A stretch of 64,000 nt of DNA, from contig CAXWPL010000001.1 of assembly GCA_963666215.2 (NCBI GenBank), positions 96,001 through 160,000 of the forward strand, in the 5' to 3' direction. The notes under the pieces are model-generated. The model searched no databases, was not told the origin of the DNA, and saw nothing but the letters and a program-made list of their open reading frames with translations. The position numbers were made by a program, and so were the translations under genes. The DNA is from Acidobacteriota bacterium. GTDB taxonomy: Bacteria > Acidobacteriota > UBA890 > WLXD01. This document shows positions 58,300 through 64,000 of the stretch, piece by piece. The number at the start of each line of letters is the position of its first letter. Within the stretch, counting starts at the first letter, position 1.

Positions 58300-59340
58300 C
58301 TACCAGAACTGCGTTTGCCCGTTCCCGGACTTCCCTCGAGCTCGTGGCAGCGGCAGCCCGAAATGATCGTAGGCGCGGGCGGTCGCGACTCGCCCCCTGG
58401 CAGTCCGCGCCAAGAACCCTAGCTGGATCAGGAATGGCTCGAAGATGTCCTCGATCGCTGCTTTGTCCTCTCCGACCGCCGCCGCGATGGTGTTGAGCCC
58501 TACCGGGCCGCCGCCGAAATCGTTGATGATCGCCAGCAGAACTCGCCGATCGATCTCGTCGAAACCCAACTTGTCGACCTCCAGCCGAGCCAGTGCGTTC
58601 TGTGCGAGCACGCGATCGATGCGGCCCTCCGACTCCACCTCGACATAGTCGCGTACTCGTCTCAAGAGCCTGTTCGCCACTCGTGGCGTGCCTCGCGACC
58701 GCCCGGCGATCTCGGCTGCACCTTCTTCGGTTATCGGCACGTCGAGCAGCTCCGCGGAGTTCTTGACGATCTGCGCCAGCTCCTCGGCGGAATAGAAGTC
58801 GAGCCTCGAGACTATTCCAAAGCGTCCGCGCAACGGCGAGGTGAGAAGCGACGGGCGAGTTGTCGAGCCGACGAGCGTGAATGGCGACAGGGGCAACTTG
58901 ACCGAGCGTGCGCTCGGCCCCTCGCCGATCACGATGTCGAGCTGAAAATCCTCCATTGCGGGATAAAGAACCTCCTCGATCGCCGCCGACATCCGATGAA
59001 TCTCATCGATGAACAGCAGCGACCGCTCCTCCACATTGGTCACGATCGCCGCGAGGTCGCCCACCTTCTCGATAACCGGGCCCGACGTGCCCTTGAGCTC
59101 CACACCCATCTCGTGCGCGATGATGTTGGCGAGCGTCGTCTTGCCGAGTCCCGGCGGGCCGAACAGCAGCACGTGATCGAGCGGCTCGCGCCGCTTCTTG
59201 GCCGCCGCAATGAACACCTTGAGGTTGTCGACCACCTTGCGCTGGCCAACATAACGGTCGAACGTGCGCGGACGCAGCGTGACGTCGAAGCGATCGTCGT
59301 CGGCAGCGGTGTTGCCCGGACCCACCAGTCTTTCGTTCAT
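58300..59340 (-). CDS. ruvB: Holliday junction branch migration ATPase RuvB
   Basis: [31 protein letters not shown]. Confidence 0.98.
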   Translation of the reverse strand: MNERLVGPGNTAADDDRFDVTLRPRTFDRYVGQRKVVDNLKVFIAAAKKRREPLDHVLLFGPPGLGKTTLANIIAHEMGVELKGTSGPVIEKVGDLAAIVTNVEERSLLFIDEIHRMSAAIEEVLYPAMEDFQLDIVIGEGPSARSVKLPLSPFTLVGSTTRPSLLTSPLRGRFGIVSRLDFYSAEELAQIVKNSAELLDVPITEEGAAEIAGRSRGTPRVANRLLRRVRDYVEVESEGRIDRVLAQNALARLEVDKLGFDEIDRRVLLAIINDFGGGPVGLNTIAAAVGEDKAAIEDIFEPFLIQLGFLARTARGRVATARAYDHFGLPLPRARGKSGNGQTQFW

Positions 59341-59386
59341 CGCGCCCGGTTCGAGTTGTTTGTTGGAGTTGGCATAGCCGATGCAA

Positions 59387-59974
59387 CTATCTTGAAAGGG
59401 CCTTCAGAGTCTGCCGCAGCAGCGCCTCGAAACTCTCCGCCGCGTCCTCATCGACCGAGGCCAGCGCCGATTCTGCGTCGCGCTGTTTGTAGCCCAGATT
59501 CAGAAGCGCCGACAGTACGTCGTCGCGCGCCGGCGACCCCGCCGACACAGCGTTTCCCGCGGCAATCCCCATCTCCGCGACCTTCTCGCGCAGCTCGAGT
59601 ATCATGCGCTCCGCGGTCTTACGACCGACCCCCGGGATGCCGGTAAGCTTCACGACGTCGCTGCCCGCAATGGCGCCCATCAGAACGTTCGGCTCCATAC
59701 CCGAAAGAATTGTGATCGCCAATTTAGGGCCAATGCCGGAGACGCTGATGAGCGCCTCGAAAAGGCCCTGCTCGGCCGCGCTGCGGAAGCCGTAGAGCTC
59801 GAGTGCGACGTCGCGCACGTGGGTGTGTACCCGTAGCGATACCTCCTCGCCCGGTTGCCCCAGCTCGTAGAAAGTGGAGAGCGGAATCTGGACGAGGTAG
59901 CCCACACCACCGACCTCGACGACAATTCCCGAGGGTTCCTTACGGCTCAGACGCCCACGTAGCGAGCCAATCAT
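59387..59974 (-). CDS. ruvA: Holliday junction binding protein RuvA
   Basis: [31 protein letters not shown]. Confidence 0.97.
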   Translation of the reverse strand: MIGSLRGRLSRKEPSGIVVEVGGVGYLVQIPLSTFYELGQPGEEVSLRVHTHVRDVALELYGFRSAAEQGLFEALISVSGIGPKLAITILSGMEPNVLMGAIAGSDVVKLTGIPGVGRKTAERMILELREKVAEMGIAAGNAVSAGSPARDDVLSALLNLGYKQRDAESALASVDEDAAESFEALLRQTLKALSR

Positions 59975-59993
59975 CGCCTGCGTGCCGGGACGT

Positions 59994-60506
59994 TCACGAG
60001 CGCACGGCCCGCAGCCGCTCCACCCGTCGCCGCAAGGGCTCGGAATGCGCGTGTGCCAGAGCGATGGCGAGTGCGTCCGCCGCATCCTGAGCCGGCGCTT
60101 TGGGCAGCGCGAGAAGCATCTTCACCATCGCTACGACCTGACCCTTGTCTGCCTGTCCGTAGCCCACGACGGCCTTCTTGACGGCCCGCGCACCATACTC
60201 GAAAACTTCGCAGCGTTCGGCCAATGCCACCATGAGGGCGCCGCGTGCCTGCCCGAGTACCAGAGCCGATCGCGCGTTCTTGGCCGTGAAAATCTCCTCG
60301 ATCGCTGCATCCTGCGGCTGATAGAAATCCACGATCTCGGTGAGCCGTCGGTGCAGTTCGACGAGCCGCCGAGCGAGAGCATGACCCTTGGTCGGTCGGA
60401 TAACACCGTAGTCGAGCGCGGAAATACGATTGCCCTCGAGCTCGATCACGGCGAAACCGGTGGCCACGGAGCCGGGATCAACACCCAGAATCCGGGTTTT
60501 CGGCAC
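59994..60506 (-). CDS. ruvC: Holliday junction resolvase RuvC
   Basis: ILGVDPG, AAIEE, LGQARG, ADK.QV, DAADALA. Confidence 0.97.
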   Translation of the reverse strand: MPKTRILGVDPGSVATGFAVIELEGNRISALDYGVIRPTKGHALARRLVELHRRLTEIVDFYQPQDAAIEEIFTAKNARSALVLGQARGALMVALAERCEVFEYGARAVKKAVVGYGQADKGQVVAMVKMLLALPKAPAQDAADALAIALAHAHSEPLRRRVERLRAVRS

Positions 60507-60521
60507 GCAGCTAACCGCTCT

Positions 60522-61277
60522 CTAGCCGGCCTCAGCCAGCTGCTCGATGACCTCCGGGTCGATATCGGCGTTCGCCCACACGTTCTGCACGTCGTCGTTG
60601 TCGTCAAGCTTTTCCATGAGCCTGAGACATCGCTCGGCGTCACGACCGCGGAGGTCCATCGGCGTCTGCGGCACCATCACCAGCTCCGCACTCAGAGACT
60701 CGACTCCCCCCGCCTTCAGCGCTGTCTGCACCGCGTGAAACGTGTCCGGGGCGGTCAGCACCTCATAGCCGCCATCCTGGGTGCTGACATCGACGGCTCC
60801 AGCCCCGAGAGCGATCATCAGCAGTCCCTCCTCGTCGACGCTATCGGCATCGATCAAGAACGCGCCCACCTGCTTGAACATCCAGCCGACACTGTTCTGC
60901 TCGCCCAAATTGCCGCCGGCCTTCTCGAAGATCTTGCGGACCTCGGCAACGGTCCGGTTGCGATTGTCGGTTGTAGCATCGACCAGAATCGCGACACCGC
61001 CGGGCCCGAAGCCCTCGTACGTGATCTCTTCGTACGCTAGGCCCGCAATCTCGCCGGTGCCGCGCTTGATGGCGCGCTCGATGTTGGCGCCCGGCATATT
61101 CTCGCGCTTGGCCGAATCGATGGCCGTGGCCAGTCGAGCGTTGCTGTCGGCGTAGCCACCACCCATCCGCGCGGCAACCGTGATCTCTTTCACCAGCCGC
61201 GAGAAGATCTTGCCGCGCGAGGCATCGTTCGCCCCCTTCTTGCGCTTGATCTTCGACCACTTCGAGTGTCCTGACAT
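60522..61277 (-). CDS. yebC: YebC/PmpR family protein
   Basis: MSGHSKW, YEGFGPGG, TDNRNRT, DDVQNV. Confidence 0.97.
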   Translation of the reverse strand: MSGHSKWSKIKRKKGANDASRGKIFSRLVKEITVAARMGGGYADSNARLATAIDSAKRENMPGANIERAIKRGTGEIAGLAYEEITYEGFGPGGVAILVDATTDNRNRTVAEVRKIFEKAGGNLGEQNSVGWMFKQVGAFLIDADSVDEEGLLMIALGAGAVDVSTQDGGYEVLTAPDTFHAVQTALKAGGVESLSAELVMVPQTPMDLRGRDAERCLRLMEKLDDNDDVQNVWANADIDPEVIEQLAEAG

Positions 61278-61531
61278 GCGCTACTCGCCGTCTCTGCCCC
61301 GTTTTCGAAGCTGAATTCGCATGATGCTACCACGCGTCGCCATCGCACCCCGCGTCACGTGGGCCGCGCTCGTGTTCGCGCTCGAGAGGCTCGGTGAGCT
61401 CCCGCTGACAGCCCCGTCTTCGCTCGTGTGAGTAGACTTGCGGAGTCCAGACTCGAAGACGTTCTCGGATAGTCGGCGTTGCCGACGCGCTGCTCGAGAT
61501 CGGCCTCCGTCTCCATCCGACCTAGCGACCC

Positions 61532-63889
61532 ATGTGCCCTGATCACCGCTTACACACAGCCCTTCTTGTTGCCCTTGGCGCAGCAGCAACCGCGTGCGCA
61601 CCGCAAGAGAGCGTCGACCTGGCCGGCATGCTGGAGCTCACGCGCCCCGTCGTGTCGACCGACAGGCTGGTGCCAGCGCCGCCGTGGGAGGGCGGCGAGC
61701 GGACGGCGAGCTTGCTGGGACCCAATTGGCGACGCGGCGGTACTCCGGACGGAGAGGAACCGGTAGAAGGGGGCGGAAGCGAGGACGAAGGGCCGTATCG
61801 AATCCGCGGCATGCTTGCCGAGTTTTCCTTCGACACCGTCTTGGACGGAGACCACACGCTCGAGCTCGAGATCCGCCCGCAACAAGGCGAGCGCGTAGAG
61901 CGACAGCGGCTGGTGGTGGAGCTCAACGGGCAGGAGATCGGGGAGCGTCGCCTCAGACCACGCTGGGAAATCGAAGAGGTCGTTCTTCCCGGTCATCTGC
62001 TGCGGGCCGGCCGGAACCTCGCGGCGTTGCGCTTCGCCTATGCCGAGCCTGCCAGCCAGGCCGGTGCCGATTCGCCGCCGATCGCGGCACGCGTACGGTC
62101 GTTGCGCGTGGTATCGCCACAGCAGCGTCCGGGATGGTTACAGCGGCCAGAGGATGTGGCGTCGACAGCCGGCTCGAACGGGGGTGCCCTCGAGATGCCC
62201 GCCGACAGCTTCGTCGATCTGGCGCTTCGCGTGCCTCCCCAGGCTCGCTTCGCCGTAGAGCTGACGGCAACCCGCAACCGGGGAACGTTGATGGACTCGT
62301 CGGATCTGCAGGCCAACGTGGAGCTTGTCGCACAGGGCAGCACCGAAACGCACCGACTCGCGACAGTTGCAGTTCCTGCCGGCCAACGCGTTCGACTCGA
62401 TACAGATCTGGCCTCGTGGGGCGGACAGCTGGTCAGGCTCCGCCTCACGAGCTGGGGGGCAGCCAACGGCACGGTGCGCTGGGATCGTCCGCGCGTCGTC
62501 CATCGCGGTGCAATCGAGGAGCGCGGGGCGCCCATCCAGCTGGCGCCCGCCGCCAGCCAGTCCCGCGGCCAGCTGGGGCGACCGCATGTGCTATTGATCC
62601 TGCTCGACGCAGCGCGTGCCGACGCCTTCTCCGTGTATGGAGCCCCAACCAGCACGCCGGCTACAGAGCGGCTGGCCCGAACTGGCACGGTGTTCGAACG
62701 GGCGCTCGCACCCACGGCGTGGACAGGAGCAAGCGTGCCGTCACTACTGACCGGCTTGCTTCCCGGCACCCACGGTGTGCAAGCGTGGAACACTCCTCTG
62801 GCTCAGGAAATCCCGTCTATCGCCGAGTTGCTGAGCGACGCGGGGTATCGCACGGCGCTTTTCAGCCACCACCTGATCTACCGTGGCAACCGCTCGCTGC
62901 GTCGAGGATTCGAGGATATCGAGCTCGTCTCGCACCACGAGCGTCAGCTGCTGCCCGACCTGGGCGAGCTTTTCGGAGGAGATCGGCCGACCTTCGCGTT
63001 TGTGCACCTGTTGGTGCCACACGCGCCCTACGAGCCTCCGGTGCAGTTCCGCGGCCAAGCAGCGGCCGCCGATACGCACCTTACCGACGCCGACATCACA
63101 CCGCAGGCACTCGGCCAGCTGCGCGCTTCACAACTGACCCCGTCGGACGAGTACCTGGCGTTCCTCCGCGCTCGCTACGCCGAGATGGTGGCCTGGGCCG
63201 ACTCCGAAATCGCCCAGCTACTCGACGGCCTCGATGCGGCCGGTGTCTTCAACGATTCGCTGGTCATCCTGACCTCCGACCACGGCGAGGGTCTCTTCGA
63301 GCACGGCCACGTTCTGCACACGCGCTTCCTGTACGACGAGGGGATCCGCGTGCCCCTGGTCATCAAATGGCCGGCATCCGTCACTGGCTTCGCGCCGAGC
63401 GTCCAGCAGACCGTAGGCTTGATCGACATTGCGCCCACGCTGGTCGATGGCCTGATGCTCGACAGCGGATCGGCGCTCTTCCAAGGCCAGAGTCTCCTGC
63501 AGGCTGCAGATGTGGGGCCTGCCCCAGAGACCGTATCGACAGCTGAAAACCGAGCCAACCCGGACAGGGCTGCCACGCGACCAGCCTTCGCCGTCACTCG
63601 CCGGGCCGAGCGCGACGGGCAAGCCGCTCGGCCGCTCCTCGCCTATGAGGAAGGCGGCCTGAAGCTGATCTACGACGTCGAGGCCAATCGCATCGAGCTC
63701 TTCCGAATCGCGGCAGATCCCGGCGAGCTGCACAATCTCGCGTACTCAGAGCCCGTGGAGGCGCAGTGGCTGCTACAACGAGCCCTGAGCCAGTGGCACT
63801 ACAACCGCGCCCTCGGCGGCGACTCCGAAGCTCTGGAGCTCGATGCGGACACGCTGCGCGACCTCCGCGCGCTCGGCTACCTGCAGTAG
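61532..63889 (+). CDS. Sulfatase-like lipoprotein with N-terminal beta-sandwich domains
   Basis: Lipobox-like AATAC; HVLLILLDAARAD, WTGASVPSLLTG, VPHAPY, TSDHGE; C-terminal LRALGY. Confidence 0.85.
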   Translation: MCPDHRLHTALLVALGAAATACAPQESVDLAGMLELTRPVVSTDRLVPAPPWEGGERTASLLGPNWRRGGTPDGEEPVEGGGSEDEGPYRIRGMLAEFSFDTVLDGDHTLELEIRPQQGERVERQRLVVELNGQEIGERRLRPRWEIEEVVLPGHLLRAGRNLAALRFAYAEPASQAGADSPPIAARVRSLRVVSPQQRPGWLQRPEDVASTAGSNGGALEMPADSFVDLALRVPPQARFAVELTATRNRGTLMDSSDLQANVELVAQGSTETHRLATVAVPAGQRVRLDTDLASWGGQLVRLRLTSWGAANGTVRWDRPRVVHRGAIEERGAPIQLAPAASQSRGQLGRPHVLLILLDAARADAFSVYGAPTSTPATERLARTGTVFERALAPTAWTGASVPSLLTGLLPGTHGVQAWNTPLAQEIPSIAELLSDAGYRTALFSHHLIYRGNRSLRRGFEDIELVSHHERQLLPDLGELFGGDRPTFAFVHLLVPHAPYEPPVQFRGQAAAADTHLTDADITPQALGQLRASQLTPSDEYLAFLRARYAEMVAWADSEIAQLLDGLDAAGVFNDSLVILTSDHGEGLFEHGHVLHTRFLYDEGIRVPLVIKWPASVTGFAPSVQQTVGLIDIAPTLVDGLMLDSGSALFQGQSLLQAADVGPAPETVSTAENRANPDRAATRPAFAVTRRAERDGQAARPLLAYEEGGLKLIYDVEANRIELFRIAADPGELHNLAYSEPVEAQWLLQRALSQWHYNRALGGDSEALELDADTLRDLRALGYLQ

Positions 63890-64000
63890 CCCGGATCGTC
63901 TACGGTCGGGTTGACGTGAGGATCGTTCCGTGACAGAAGAAGGATCGCTGTCGCGGGGATGATGGCCCGTCGCGGCCGACTGGACGCCCAGTAGCGTCGT

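Noticed and set aside
16268-60506. Long antisense or alternate-frame ORFs (e.g. 16268-16981, 28206-29405, 39421-40353, 47105-48676, 56504-58210, 59982-61040)
   Set aside because: Shadow ORFs expected from high-GC codon bias; no motifs and fully overlapping well-supported genes

Overview
High-GC bacterial chromosomal window. The gene content (VWA protein of the acidobacterial type, GWxTD proteins, tandem CRTAC1/ASPIC-UnbV proteins, nuoN next to a split atpZIBE operon) suggests Acidobacteriota; this is inference. In order: 3' end of nuoN; an IS256-interrupted sulfatase-like gene and a frameshifted SGNH hydrolase; atpZ-atpI-atpB-atpE; REP-like hairpins; rex; a GT4 glycosyltransferase operon hit by two near-identical IS481 copies and a CTAG-flanked MITE; a 16-kb envelope cluster (TPR, TonB, ExbD x2, ExbB, VWA, transglutaminase-TPR, TPR, GWxTD x2, FG-GAP/ASPIC x2) containing a rearrangement scar with an IS1-like end; a glycan-modification block (GT4, NodB deacetylase, tandem CelD/BcsL-like GNATs, AsnB-like ligase) around a methylmalonyl-CoA mutase; moaC; lpxC with a sigma54-type promoter followed by NtrY/NtrX-like genes; a formiminotransferase; Zn-ribbon and low-complexity RDD ORFs; purH; DUF721; queA; ruvBAC; yebC; and a second sulfatase-like gene. 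No rRNA, tRNA or CRISPR array was seen. The best candidates for something new are the receptor-less TonB/ExbBD2-VWA-GWxTD-FG-GAP envelope cluster, the sigma54-lpxC-NtrYX module and the deacetylase/GNAT/AsnB glycan block. All product calls come from motif recognition by eye, not database searches. Several single-base indels could be assembly errors.
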